DNA of 64,000 nt from Litorilituus sp. (GTDB taxonomy: Bacteria > Pseudomonadota > Gammaproteobacteria > Enterobacterales > Alteromonadaceae). Of the stretch, positions 10,034-20,227 are shown piece by piece; position 1 is the stretch's first letter, and each line of letters starts with the position of its first letter. Below the pieces are notes generated by a model, which was given only the letters and a program-made list of their open reading frames with translations, was not told the origin of the DNA and did no database searches. A program made the translations under genes and the position numbers. The DNA lies in NCBI GenBank assembly GCA_030754235.1, contig JASMAS010000074.1:2657-66656 (forward strand), in the 5' to 3' direction.

Positions 10034-11748
10034 AAATAATGTTAAAACTAGTGACCCCCCTAGTATTCTTGATTACTTTAACGCATGCTAATACTGCTTT
10101 TGCCTTAACAAAAGTGACCGCAAGTATTGACGTTAATCCAGTAATGAGCAACGAGTCAATTGTGTTAACTGTCGTTGCTAATGATAATGTCGAGCGAAGT
10201 GCCTTAGATACCTCTCCTCTTAACGCCAATTTTATGGTGGTGCGCAGTGAAGTTAGCTCTCAAACGAGTATGGTTAACTTTAAAACAACTAGAACGACCC
10301 GTTGGCAAATTGTATTAATGCCAAGAAAAACGGGTAAATTACTCATACCCAGTTTAGTCATCGACAATGTTAGCTCAAAGCCCATTGAAGTTAATGTCGT
10401 TGAACAAGGCAGTAGCGCATCAACTAAACAACAAGATATTTTTATCGCTTCACAATTATCAAGCAATGATATTTATGTACAACAATTAGTGACACTCACC
10501 GTTAAATTACATATTGGCGTGCAGATACAGCGCGGCAGTTTAACCGAACCAGATCTGCCAGAGGCAACAATCGTCCAGGTAGGTAAAGATCAAGAAAGTG
10601 ATGGTATCGTTAACGGCAAACGATATCGTATTATTGAGCGTACTTACGCCATTACTCCAGAGAAAAGTGGAGAATTTACGCTTAACTCGCCAATGTTTGC
10701 CGGTGAAATCATGGTGCAATCATCACGTCGCTCAGGATTTTTAAGTTTTGGTGAAACCAAGCCTGTTAATATTCTAGGTGAAAAACTTACACTCAAGGTT
10801 CGCCCTATTCCCGACAATTACCCAAGCTACGCAACTTGGCTACCTAGTGAGTTTTTATCTCTTCACCAAGAGTGGCAACCAAACACCAACGAATTTACAG
10901 TAGGAGAACCCATTACCCGCACTATCACCCTAACGGCCGCAGGGCTAGCAAAATCTCAATTACCTATCATTGAAATGACAGCACCTGATGGCCTTAAGAT
11001 TTACCCTGATCAAGCCGAATTAAATGCAAACTTAACGAAAGAGCGTTTAGTGAGTCAAAAAAAGCAAAACTTTGCTTTGGTTGCTAGCAAAGCAGGTCAA
11101 TATGTGCTGCCAAAAATCACTATAGCGTGGTGGAACACTATTACCAACAAATATCAGCAAGCAGTATTGCCCGAGCAAACTATCACGGTTATAGCCAACC
11201 CTGATAGCAAAACACAGCAACTGCCACCAAACCCGATAAAAACCCCAAAAATTAATAGCCCCTCAAGTATTGTCGATAATAACGTTAATGTTTCCGCACC
11301 TATCTTTGTTGCTGAGCAAAGCAGTAAATTGCAGTGGCTATTTTTAACGTTATGGATCCTCACGCTATTATTTTGGCTAACACATATTATTTATTTACAA
11401 CGCAATCAAGATAAGGCAGAAAATACCAAACACACATCAATCAATAATCACTACCTTGCCCTGTTAGCGGCGTGTAAACAAAACAATGCAGAACAAGCAT
11501 TGAATTTACTTATTCCTTGGATAAATAGTATAAGTGACCAACCTAAGGTTTCAACTTTAGCGAAAGCCATTGAGTTAATGAATAGCTCTGCACTGATTCA
11601 AGCAATCAATGATGTTCAACAAAGCTTATACGGACAAAGCTCAATAGCTAGCCCTTGGCAAGGAAAATCACTTTTATCTGCGGTTCAGGCTGTTAATGCC
11701 AACAAACATAAAAAAACAGTGGCCAGTGACATAAAACTTAACCCTTAA
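10027..11748 (+). CDS. BatD-like protein
   Basis: 573 aa with a signal peptide (...THANTAFA), a large extracytoplasmic region, one late TM helix (WLFLTLWILTLLFWLTHIIY) and a cytoplasmic tail. The GTG start overlaps the batB-like stop, and ATG 10039 is an alternative. Confidence 0.65.
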   Translation: MVKIMLKLVTPLVFLITLTHANTAFALTKVTASIDVNPVMSNESIVLTVVANDNVERSALDTSPLNANFMVVRSEVSSQTSMVNFKTTRTTRWQIVLMPRKTGKLLIPSLVIDNVSSKPIEVNVVEQGSSASTKQQDIFIASQLSSNDIYVQQLVTLTVKLHIGVQIQRGSLTEPDLPEATIVQVGKDQESDGIVNGKRYRIIERTYAITPEKSGEFTLNSPMFAGEIMVQSSRRSGFLSFGETKPVNILGEKLTLKVRPIPDNYPSYATWLPSEFLSLHQEWQPNTNEFTVGEPITRTITLTAAGLAKSQLPIIEMTAPDGLKIYPDQAELNANLTKERLVSQKKQNFALVASKAGQYVLPKITIAWWNTITNKYQQAVLPEQTITVIANPDSKTQQLPPNPIKTPKINSPSSIVDNNVNVSAPIFVAEQSSKLQWLFLTLWILTLLFWLTHIIYLQRNQDKAENTKHTSINNHYLALLAACKQNNAEQALNLLIPWINSISDQPKVSTLAKAIELMNSSALIQAINDVQQSLYGQSSIASPWQGKSLLSAVQAVNANKHKKTVASDIKLNP

Positions 11749-11812
11749 GTTAAAAATAATAAAAACTTAAAAAGTTGGGAATTAAATCATCTCATCATAG
11801 GTCTCTACTATT

Positions 11813-12328
11813 ATGGCGACTAAACAAAAAAGATATGAAGCACTCGTCAAGGCTCTGCACACTGACTTATACCGATATGCCTATTGGTTAACTCATGATA
11901 AGCAAGTGTCTGAAGACTTAGTGCAAGAAACATTTTTACGCGCATGGCGAGCCCTTGACTCATTGAAAGATGAAAAGGCTGCCAAGTCGTGGTTGATCAC
12001 TATTTTAAGAAGAGAAAATGCAAGACGTTTTGAACGTAAACGACTTGATATGAGTGAATACGAAGAAGCCAGTGTTATGGATACTCAATCAACCAGCTCA
12101 GAGCAAGAGATAGAAAACCACTGGTTAAGAGAGAAGATAGCACAATTACCGCCCGAATATTCAGAGCCCCTAGTATTACAAATTATCGGGGGCTTTAGTG
12201 GTGAGGACATTGCAACCATGCTCAACTTAAATAAAAATACAGTAATGACACGCTTGTTTAGAGCGCGTAATCAATTAAAAGAAGCGTTAGAAGAACAACC
12301 TGCAACTCGAGGTCAATACAATGGATGA
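11813..12328 (+). CDS. ECF-type RNA polymerase sigma factor
   Basis: 171 aa with region 2 (DLVQETFLRAW) and a region 4 HTH (GEDIATMLNLNKNTVMTRLFRARNQL). Confidence 0.9.
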   Translation: MATKQKRYEALVKALHTDLYRYAYWLTHDKQVSEDLVQETFLRAWRALDSLKDEKAAKSWLITILRRENARRFERKRLDMSEYEEASVMDTQSTSSEQEIENHWLREKIAQLPPEYSEPLVLQIIGGFSGEDIATMLNLNKNTVMTRLFRARNQLKEALEEQPATRGQYNG

Positions 12329-13034
12329 TTTGCACTTTAGACGTAAAATATACGCAGATCCAAATACTCAAGATAAAGCGGTGCTGGATGCACAACAGCG
12401 CGATCCAGCCAAAAAAGAATTTACTCAAGAACTTGTTCAGCTTGATGAAAAAATAAAAAAGGCAATGAAAGTACCTGTCCCTGAAAACTTATGCGACAAG
12501 TTAATCTTACGCCAAACATTAGCCTGCCACCAACAGAAAAAGCGTCAATCACGTCTTCAGCTCGCCTTAGTGGCTTCTGTTGCAATTATTGCTGGAGTAG
12601 TTATAAATTTTTTCCAGTTTTCCAGTAGCTATACTAATTTAGGTGATTATGCCTTAGCTCATGTATACCACGAAGAAAATGCCTTTTCTAATCAAGATGC
12701 AACCCGGCTAAACTTAACCACACTTAATCAAAAAATGTTTGCTTTTAATGGAAGCTTTAATCACTTATTAGGCGAATTGATTTTTGCTGATTATTGCCGA
12801 TTTGACGGTATGAAAAGCCTACACCTTGTCTATAAAGGTGTCACAGATACGGTCGCTGTTTTTATTGTCCCTAAAAATGAACAACTTACTTTTAGCAAAA
12901 CGTTTTCTGATAAAAAATTACAAGGTGAATCTATTCGCTTTAAAAATACAAATATCATTGTTGTTGCTGATAAAAATGAACCTATCAGCAAGTGGAAAAA
13001 AAGTATCAGTGAAAATATTTCTTGGTCAACTTAA
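12321..13034 (+). CDS. putative anti-sigma factor (DUF3379-like)
   Basis: 237 aa with an 8-nt overlap with the sigma gene. It has a short cytoplasmic N-terminus, one TM helix (LALVASVAIIAGVVINFF) and a periplasmic domain. The family name is from memory. Confidence 0.6.
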   Translation: MDDLHFRRKIYADPNTQDKAVLDAQQRDPAKKEFTQELVQLDEKIKKAMKVPVPENLCDKLILRQTLACHQQKKRQSRLQLALVASVAIIAGVVINFFQFSSSYTNLGDYALAHVYHEENAFSNQDATRLNLTTLNQKMFAFNGSFNHLLGELIFADYCRFDGMKSLHLVYKGVTDTVAVFIVPKNEQLTFSKTFSDKKLQGESIRFKNTNIIVVADKNEPISKWKKSISENISWST

Positions 13035-13234
13035 CGCAAAAAATTGCTCGGCAGTAACAGTGGCTAATAAACGCTGCCCTTCAGATTCGTATAATTGCTT
13101 CTTGCTCTTTTGGCGAGAAATAACATCGTAGGTCTATGCGCCATTTCTAGCATCGCAATAAAAAACCATTTAATTCAAACTATATTTGAACATGAAAGAT
13201 TAACATTTCCTAAGTAACCTGAGAGGGTAATTAA

Positions 13235-14827
13235 CTAAGTACCGCAGAAAGTTTGGTAGCTCTTGTCGCCATCTAGTGGTGTATCTTGGTATTTTTTTGT
13301 CGCTTCAAACTCAAGATAAGGCGAGTTAATAACCTTTATAAACTCTGCTAAAATATGATTAACTCCCTCATAGTGAGATTCAGGAACTTGCTGAGAAACC
13401 ACTTGTTCACATCGCGCTAGAAGTGCTTCTACATGATGATTTCGAGGGATAACAACGGGGTTAACTTTGACCATAACTCTGTGTGCTAGTTGGCAATAAG
13501 GATGACTGCCGCCTTGATGTACCTCGGCAAGTAAAGAGTGCCAGGTTTGATACCAACGGTCTAACTCTGCACTTAACTGTTGTGAAAAGTGTTCCCCTTG
13601 TATATTTTGAATTAATGAAACAGTCAAAGCATGAAAAGTTTGGGTATAATCTAGTCCTTGATTTTGCATTATCTCTAATAATTCATCAGTTAGGCTGTTA
13701 ACCTTTATAGAAAGATCATTTGACATCACTTCGCCAAAACCAAGTTTGTGGGCATACATAGTATAATAAGCCTTATCAAACTTTTGACTGTATTGGTGAA
13801 CTATGCTCTGCACTTTAATAACAGCTTTTGCTTTGAGTATTTTTTCACAATGGTCACTTTGTTCTTGCTGCGCGTAAAACTCAACGAGCAAGGGTAATAA
13901 GCAATCCGCTAGCCTAGCGACATTCCATTGCGCAACTTGGCCTTGTTTGCCAAAAGCATAACGACCATATTCATCAATAGAACTAAAAACAGCATTTTTG
14001 TCATAACGCCCCATCATAGCACAAGGGCCAAAATCAATAGTCTCTCCAGAGATAGTTGTATTATCGGTATTCATAACACCATGAATAAAACCTATGCGTA
14101 ACCATTGAATAATCAAAGTAATCTGTTTATTTAAAACCTGCTCTAAAAAGCCTAAAATAACTTCATCAAAGGTCAAGTTATCTTCAACTCTTAGTTGGTT
14201 AAATTCTGGAAAATGGCGTTTAATTGTATAATCTAGCAGTTTCTTTAACGAGCTAATCTCACCAAATACAGCAAAATACTGAAATGTTCCAATCCGAAGG
14301 TGACTCGACGCGGAGCGTGTCACTACAGCACCATGCTGTGCTATCCCTCGATGAATAATTTCACCGGTAGCCACGACAGACAAACAACGTGTTGTTGGCA
14401 CACCAAGCGCGTGAAGCGCCTCACTCATAATATACTCGCGAAGTGCTGGAGCAAGAGCGCACTTACCATCACCACGCCGAGAAAATTTTGTTTGACCAGA
14501 GCCTTTAAGTTGAATGTCTTGGCGAACACCATTGTTATCGATGACTTCTCCAAGCAAATGAGCACGACCATCACCTAACTGGGGGTTAAAGTGACCAAAT
14601 TGATGGCCCGAATAGGCTAGCGCAATAGGGTCAGCACCTAAAGGTAACTTTGAGCCAGAAAAATATTGTGCAAGTAAATTCTTATCTTTTTGCCATTCAT
14701 TAGCAATAGATAAACTAGTCGCCAATCTGGTGTTCCACAGTAATAACGTTGGTGAAACAACTTTCTGAGGTAACGCTCTTTGAAAGAAAGTATCACCAAG
14801 GCAAAGGTATGTCGTCGAAAACTTCAT
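13235..14827 (-). CDS. selO: protein adenylyltransferase SelO (YdiU)
   Basis: 530 aa with the SelO motifs YSGHQFGHFNPQLGDGRA and HGVMNTDNTTISGETIDFGP. It has a C-terminal Cys (...FCGT). Confidence 0.9.
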   Translation of the reverse strand: MKFSTTYLCLGDTFFQRALPQKVVSPTLLLWNTRLATSLSIANEWQKDKNLLAQYFSGSKLPLGADPIALAYSGHQFGHFNPQLGDGRAHLLGEVIDNNGVRQDIQLKGSGQTKFSRRGDGKCALAPALREYIMSEALHALGVPTTRCLSVVATGEIIHRGIAQHGAVVTRSASSHLRIGTFQYFAVFGEISSLKKLLDYTIKRHFPEFNQLRVEDNLTFDEVILGFLEQVLNKQITLIIQWLRIGFIHGVMNTDNTTISGETIDFGPCAMMGRYDKNAVFSSIDEYGRYAFGKQGQVAQWNVARLADCLLPLLVEFYAQQEQSDHCEKILKAKAVIKVQSIVHQYSQKFDKAYYTMYAHKLGFGEVMSNDLSIKVNSLTDELLEIMQNQGLDYTQTFHALTVSLIQNIQGEHFSQQLSAELDRWYQTWHSLLAEVHQGGSHPYCQLAHRVMVKVNPVVIPRNHHVEALLARCEQVVSQQVPESHYEGVNHILAEFIKVINSPYLEFEATKKYQDTPLDGDKSYQTFCGT

Positions 14828-14856
14828 TAGCTGAACATAAGCAATTGATTTAAGTA

Positions 14857-16344
14857 CTAAGCATGATGAGATAACATTTCATCATGCTTAGCCAAAATAT
14901 CTTCGTTATCTTGAGGGGATAGGCTACTCACCAGATAAATAACCACAGCACACGCGATAAAGCCAGGCACTATTTCGTACATGATCGAACTTAATGACTG
15001 GCCATCAATAGTTAGTGGTGCATAAATCCAAAATAAAACGGTAGAAGCTCCTGTTACCATGCCGGCAAGCGCTCCATTGCGTGTCATTTTTTTCCAATAT
15101 AAGCTACCAATAACCACAGGTCCAAATGCTGCTCCAAAGCCAGCCCACGCATTACTTACCAAAGATAAAATGGTTGAATTGCGATCATAAGCTAAATATA
15201 TCGCAACTAAAGCGACAATAAAAACAAAGACTCTTCCCACCAACACTTGCTGCTTATCACTGGCCTCACGATGTAAAAATGTTTTATAAAAATCTTCTGT
15301 TAATGAGCTTGAGGTCACTAAAAGTTGTGAAGAGATAGTACTCATAATTGCCGCTAAAATTGCCGCTAATAAAAAACCTGCCACTAACGGGTTAAATAAT
15401 ATTTGAGAGAGCAGTATGAATATGGTCTCTGCATCATCAAGTTGTAGCCCTGTTTTATTTACATAAGCAATACCGGCAAAACCCGTTGCCATTGCGCCAA
15501 TAAGAGCAACGATCATCCAACTCATACCAATTCGACGCGCGGTAGGCATATCGTTGACACTGCGAATTGCCATAAAGCGTACAATAATATGAGGTTGACC
15601 AAAATACCCTAGCCCCCAAGCCATAGCAGAAAAAATACCAAGCATAGTGACACCATCAAACATATCAAAAAGTTGTGGATTTATTGCTTGTATACTGCTT
15701 TGCATTTCACCAAAACCACCAATTTCCTCAATGGCTACAACGGGAACTAATATTAAGGCTATAAACATAATACAGCCTTGCACAAAGTCTGTTAGGCTTA
15801 CCGCCAAAAAGCCTCCAAACAAAGTATACGCAACCACAACACCTGCGGTAACATAAAGTCCTATGTCATAATTTAAGCCAAACGAACTTTCAAAAAGTTT
15901 GCCGCCAGCAACAATGCCGCTAGAAGTGTAAAGCGTAAAAAATACAACGATAACAAGAGAAGAGACCACTCTAAGTAATCGAGAATTATCGTTAAAACGA
16001 TTTTCAAAAAAATCAGGTAAGGTAATAGAGTCGTTAGCTAATTCGGTATAACTTCTCAGGCGAGGTGCTACAACGAGATAATTAATAAATGCACCTATCA
16101 CAAGACCTATCGCAACCCAAAGGCTACTTAAGCCTGAGATATACATTGCGCCGGGTAACCCCATCAGCATCCAACCACTCATATCGGATGCGCCTGCAGA
16201 AAGTGCAGCAACACTAGGGCTCAAATTACGGCCGCCGAGCATAAAGCCCGATACATCACTGGTGGATTTTTTGTATGCGTATAAACCTATTGCCATCATT
16301 GCGATAAAGTACAATGCTAACGAAAATAATGTGCCAAACTCCAA
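14857..16344 (-). CDS. putP: sodium/proline symporter PutP
   Basis: 495-aa SSS-family polytopic membrane protein. LGGRNLSPSVAALSAGASDMSGWMLMGLPGA closely matches E. coli PutP. Confidence 0.88.
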   Translation of the reverse strand: MEFGTLFSLALYFIAMMAIGLYAYKKSTSDVSGFMLGGRNLSPSVAALSAGASDMSGWMLMGLPGAMYISGLSSLWVAIGLVIGAFINYLVVAPRLRSYTELANDSITLPDFFENRFNDNSRLLRVVSSLVIVVFFTLYTSSGIVAGGKLFESSFGLNYDIGLYVTAGVVVAYTLFGGFLAVSLTDFVQGCIMFIALILVPVVAIEEIGGFGEMQSSIQAINPQLFDMFDGVTMLGIFSAMAWGLGYFGQPHIIVRFMAIRSVNDMPTARRIGMSWMIVALIGAMATGFAGIAYVNKTGLQLDDAETIFILLSQILFNPLVAGFLLAAILAAIMSTISSQLLVTSSSLTEDFYKTFLHREASDKQQVLVGRVFVFIVALVAIYLAYDRNSTILSLVSNAWAGFGAAFGPVVIGSLYWKKMTRNGALAGMVTGASTVLFWIYAPLTIDGQSLSSIMYEIVPGFIACAVVIYLVSSLSPQDNEDILAKHDEMLSHHA

Positions 16345-16660
16345 GTGGTTCTCCTCAAATAATCTTAGGAAGTTATTATACTGAAATTCAGTGTAAAAAC
16401 AGATAGGTTACGCTAGCAAGAAATTCACCACAAATAAACATAAAAAACAAAAAATAAATGTAAAAATCATTGGTATACAGTGGTTGCTTTAGTAAAGTTT
16501 TAGTGAAACTTTTAAGTTACTGTTATAAAAATTCAGGATGAAAAAACATGCGATAATAATATTGATATATGATGATAGCGCTTTCTTCAATCTTGCATAT
16601 TCGCTCATAGCAGTTATATTTAAAAGTAATTGTTTTTATTAAAAAGATAATGTTAAAGCT

Positions 16661-17881
16661 ATGTACTTTTATGCTGTACGACAACCTATTTTAAATGCAC
16701 ACAAGAAGCTTTATGCTTATGAAATACTATTTCGTGACAGCTTAGATAACGTATTTCCAGACGTTGATATCGACGAAGCAAACGATGAAGAGATTGATGC
16801 TGGTAAATTCAATCAGGCCATCACTGAATTCACCAGTAAGAAACTTGCCTTTATCAAGTTTACCTTAGATACCTTAGTTCAAGGTTATCCTCAAATGCTT
16901 AACAAAGAAGAAGTTATTATTGAAATTTTAGAAAAAGGAAAACCGGGCAAAAGGTTATTAACTATTTGTAAAGAGCTACATGGCAAAGGCTATAAGATTG
17001 CCTTAGCTGATTACAAGCATCAAAGTGTTTGGACTCATTTTTATCCTTTTATTAAAATCATTAAAATAAATATCCATAAGAGCAATGAAGATGAAATAAA
17101 ACAGCTTATTAATGCCATTAATGATCATCCTCATATTAGACTGTTAGCAGAAAAAGTTGAAACACACCTCGACTATGAAAAAGCAATGAGGTTAGGGTTT
17201 AAATATTTTCAAGGTTATTTCTTTGCAAAGCCCCAAATGGTGAAAAGAAAAAATTTATCCCCATCCCAGCTTGCAATGACTGAATTACTGTATGAAACAT
17301 CCAAACCAGAATTAGACTTATCCTGTATTACCAGTATCTTTGAGCATGATATACCCTTGTCTTATAAATTACTTCGCTATGCTAATTCAGCCATATTTAG
17401 ACGCCGTGCAGAAATATCAACCATTAAACAAGCTCTTGTTCTGTTAGGTTCGAGTGAACTAAAGCGATTTTTAGGATTAATGTTTGCTATTACTGCTAAC
17501 CCAGACAAACCCACAGAACTTATTAAATTAGCTATGACTAGAGCTAAGTTTTGTGAGCTAGTAGCACACAATATGACATCGCAACTAGATGATTCCATTG
17601 CGTTTTTAACAGGGTTACTGTCTATGATAGATGCTATTTTAGATGAAGAGTTAGAGTTAGTGTTAGCCAAATTACCACTATCGTCTAAAATAAAAGAACC
17701 TTTGTTAACCCGTAAAGGAAGCATGGCTGCCATCATCAAGTTATTAGAATTTATAGAACACGCACAATGGACAAAAACTAACATTGTAATGGAAAAGTTA
17801 GAACTCAATAAAGAACAAGCAGTCAAGCATTATAACGATGCCTTAGCTTGGGCAGACCAACAAAATAGGTTAGCGGGATGA
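16661..17881 (+). CDS. EAL + HDOD domain protein (EAL domain apparently degenerate)
   Basis: 406 aa. The N-terminal EAL fold is visible (QPILN...YEILFR, EILE, EKVET, QGYFFAKP). The C-terminal part is HDOD (LSYKLLRYANSA...ALVLLG). See the findings for the substituted active-site residues. Confidence 0.8.
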   Translation: MYFYAVRQPILNAHKKLYAYEILFRDSLDNVFPDVDIDEANDEEIDAGKFNQAITEFTSKKLAFIKFTLDTLVQGYPQMLNKEEVIIEILEKGKPGKRLLTICKELHGKGYKIALADYKHQSVWTHFYPFIKIIKINIHKSNEDEIKQLINAINDHPHIRLLAEKVETHLDYEKAMRLGFKYFQGYFFAKPQMVKRKNLSPSQLAMTELLYETSKPELDLSCITSIFEHDIPLSYKLLRYANSAIFRRRAEISTIKQALVLLGSSELKRFLGLMFAITANPDKPTELIKLAMTRAKFCELVAHNMTSQLDDSIAFLTGLLSMIDAILDEELELVLAKLPLSSKIKEPLLTRKGSMAAIIKLLEFIEHAQWTKTNIVMEKLELNKEQAVKHYNDALAWADQQNRLAG

Positions 17882-18195
17882 TTCGCTTATACCAGCATAA
17901 AAATTTACTCTACATACATTAATGTTTTGCTCACATAGCAAGAATACTTATTGCTCTTGGTTACTATAAATTTACTTAGAAGCACTAAGTGCTGCTGACC
18001 TTTCAAGATTGTTTTACAGCGAATTGTTGGGCTTTATGCAAGATAGAGCCTTTGTCATGTAATTGACCCACGTAAAAAAAGTAATTAGGGAGCAAAAACA
18101 TCAACAAGCGCTGTCCAACAGATTAGGTTAAAAGCATTTAATTGAACCATAAAAGTTTAAGCCCCTAAAAAACTCACAACCAGCTCGAAAATCAA

Positions 18196-19218
18196 CTAGT
18201 AACCTTGAGGATTACGGGACTGCCATCGCCAAGTATCTGCGATCATGGTGTGTAAATCTCTTTGCGCTTGCCAACCAAGAAAATCATTAGCCAAACTCGC
18301 ATCAGCATAAACAGTCGCAAGATCTCCTGCGCGCCTTGGTACTATTTTATAAGGAATATCAGCACCACTAATTTTTTTAAAGGTATTAACAATTTCCAAT
18401 ACAGAGGTGCCATTTCCTGTCCCTAAGTTAATGGCTTGGCAACCAGAAATTCTATCTAGATTTTGTAGCGCTTTTACATGACCAATAGCTAAGTCAACCA
18501 CATGAATATAATCTCTTACTCCCGTGCCATCTTTAGTGTCATAATCATCACCAAAAACTTGTAATTGTGTTAAACGTCCAACAGCAACTTGGGCAACATA
18601 AGGCAATAAATTATTAGGTATACCGTTAGGGTTTTCGCCAATCAACCCCGATTGATGAGCACCAATAGGGTTAAAGTAACGTAAACAGGCAATTGACCAG
18701 TCACTATCACTTTTGGCGAGATCAAATAAAATTTGCTCAATCATTAACTTTGTTTGACCATAAGGGTTGGTTGCTGAAGTTGGCATACTTTCATCAAGCG
18801 GAGAAATATTGTTACCGTAAACGGTCGCCGAAGAACTAAAAACAAGCTTTTTAACGTTGTTCTCTGCCATGACTTTTAACAAAATAACCGTGCCAGAAAC
18901 ATTATGATAATAATAGCTCAATGGCTTTTCATTAGACTCACCTACCGCTTTATGGCCTGCGAAATGAATTACAGCTTCAATGTTATGCTCAGTAAAAACT
19001 TTTTGCATGGCGTCATAATCACAGATATCAGCCTGTATAAAGGTAACTTTTTTTTCTGTGATTTGAGTGATTCTATCAAGAACCTTGGTCGATGAATTCG
19101 TTAAATCATCAACAATAATAACATCTTGAGAAACACCTTCATTTAAGGCTAAATTTTGTAACTCAACAACAGTATGGCTACCGATATACCCTGTGCCGCC
19201 AGTGATTAATAAACTCAT
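18196..19218 (-). CDS. galE: UDP-glucose 4-epimerase
   Basis: 340 aa with the Rossmann motif GGTGYIGSH and the catalytic YGQTK (YxxxK). Confidence 0.92.
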   Translation of the reverse strand: MSLLITGGTGYIGSHTVVELQNLALNEGVSQDVIIVDDLTNSSTKVLDRITQITEKKVTFIQADICDYDAMQKVFTEHNIEAVIHFAGHKAVGESNEKPLSYYYHNVSGTVILLKVMAENNVKKLVFSSSATVYGNNISPLDESMPTSATNPYGQTKLMIEQILFDLAKSDSDWSIACLRYFNPIGAHQSGLIGENPNGIPNNLLPYVAQVAVGRLTQLQVFGDDYDTKDGTGVRDYIHVVDLAIGHVKALQNLDRISGCQAINLGTGNGTSVLEIVNTFKKISGADIPYKIVPRRAGDLATVYADASLANDFLGWQAQRDLHTMIADTWRWQSRNPQGY

Positions 19219-19242
19219 AGTATTCCTTTGTAAAGAGTAAAC

Positions 19243-20211
19243 TTATAAGTAATACTTTGACACGCAATCAATAAAATCGCTAAGTATTTCTTCAGGTAAA
19301 GCATTAATACCTGCCGCTGCCGCTCTACCACCACCGGTTGGAAATTGAGCACATAAGTCTCCTGCGCCCTGTTTATTATTTAAAGGCGCTCTTAAACTAA
19401 TAGTGTAAGTGCTATTCTTATTTTGAGTTACCACAATATGCGCTTTATCGGGAGAAGAGTTGGCTAATTCATTACCATACACTCCACTTACTCGCCTTGC
19501 CCATGACTGATCAGACAATTGCACAGCCTTTAACTGGTCAGTATCAACAAGTATTTTTGCATTACGGGCATTACTCATATCAGCCAAATAAGCTGACTTT
19601 AACTGAGCAAAAATAGAGTCTTGCTCGGCAATTAATACAAAGGGATCAGGGTAATGTAATAATTGATGGTATAAATCTGCTGGATGAAAATGTAAATCTT
19701 CAACCGCTGAACCGTAACCATTGTAATTAATGTAAATACCTAACTCTTGCAACAGAGTTTGTTGCGTCATACTCAGCCCAACTTCAACAGCTAGTGCCTG
19801 AGCTGAGGCTTGCATATTATCGCCAAATGCCGCAGCTATTGCCCAATAGACGAACTCGCCATTCAGGTGATTATTTACAAGTAAGCTAGTACAGGTGTTA
19901 GCGTCAGTATCAATGATACTTGACAGAAAATTTGAATCGGGTAAATCACCTGCTCTGTGGTGATCGACATAAAACACCTCCACTTTGTTTTCGAGCAAAC
20001 GGTTTAATGCTTCAGCATTTTTTTCTAAGGAAATATCAAGCACGGTAACAGATAAAGCCTGCGCAACATCAACCAGCTTTAGTAAGTTAATATCACGTTT
20101 AACCCCGGTAATTAACCTGGAGTCTTTAGGTTGAGCTCTTTGTGTTGATAAGCGTAATTGTAATAAGGCGATGAGACCATCAGCATCACCATTAAAAACA
20201 TCATAGTGCAT
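19243..20211 (-). CDS. DHH/DHHA1-family phosphoesterase
   Basis: 322 aa with FNGDADGL (motif I/II-like), VDHHRAG (DHH motif) and a C-terminal GGGRAAAAG (DHHA1-like GGGHxxAAG). It lies 16 nt downstream of cysC on the same strand. Confidence 0.75.
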   Translation of the reverse strand: MHYDVFNGDADGLIALLQLRLSTQRAQPKDSRLITGVKRDINLLKLVDVAQALSVTVLDISLEKNAEALNRLLENKVEVFYVDHHRAGDLPDSNFLSSIIDTDANTCTSLLVNNHLNGEFVYWAIAAAFGDNMQASAQALAVEVGLSMTQQTLLQELGIYINYNGYGSAVEDLHFHPADLYHQLLHYPDPFVLIAEQDSIFAQLKSAYLADMSNARNAKILVDTDQLKAVQLSDQSWARRVSGVYGNELANSSPDKAHIVVTQNKNSTYTISLRAPLNNKQGAGDLCAQFPTGGGRAAAAGINALPEEILSDFIDCVSKYYL

Positions 20212-20227
20212 AGATTCACCCTAAATA

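Noticed and set aside
12826-13131. 101-aa plus-strand ORF overlapping the end of the anti-sigma gene
   Set aside because: It is an alternative frame of a supported gene, Leu/Lys-rich, with no RBS.
17377-17826. 149-aa antisense ORF inside the HDOD region, and similar long antisense ORFs at 43965-44378 (opposite prs), 2203-2556 (opposite fadJ), 36573-36899 and 21517-21873
   Set aside because: The sense-strand genes have unambiguous homology. The antisense products are low-complexity (Ser/Ala/Pro/Thr-rich) and lack start signals. This is the typical shadow-frame effect of codon bias.
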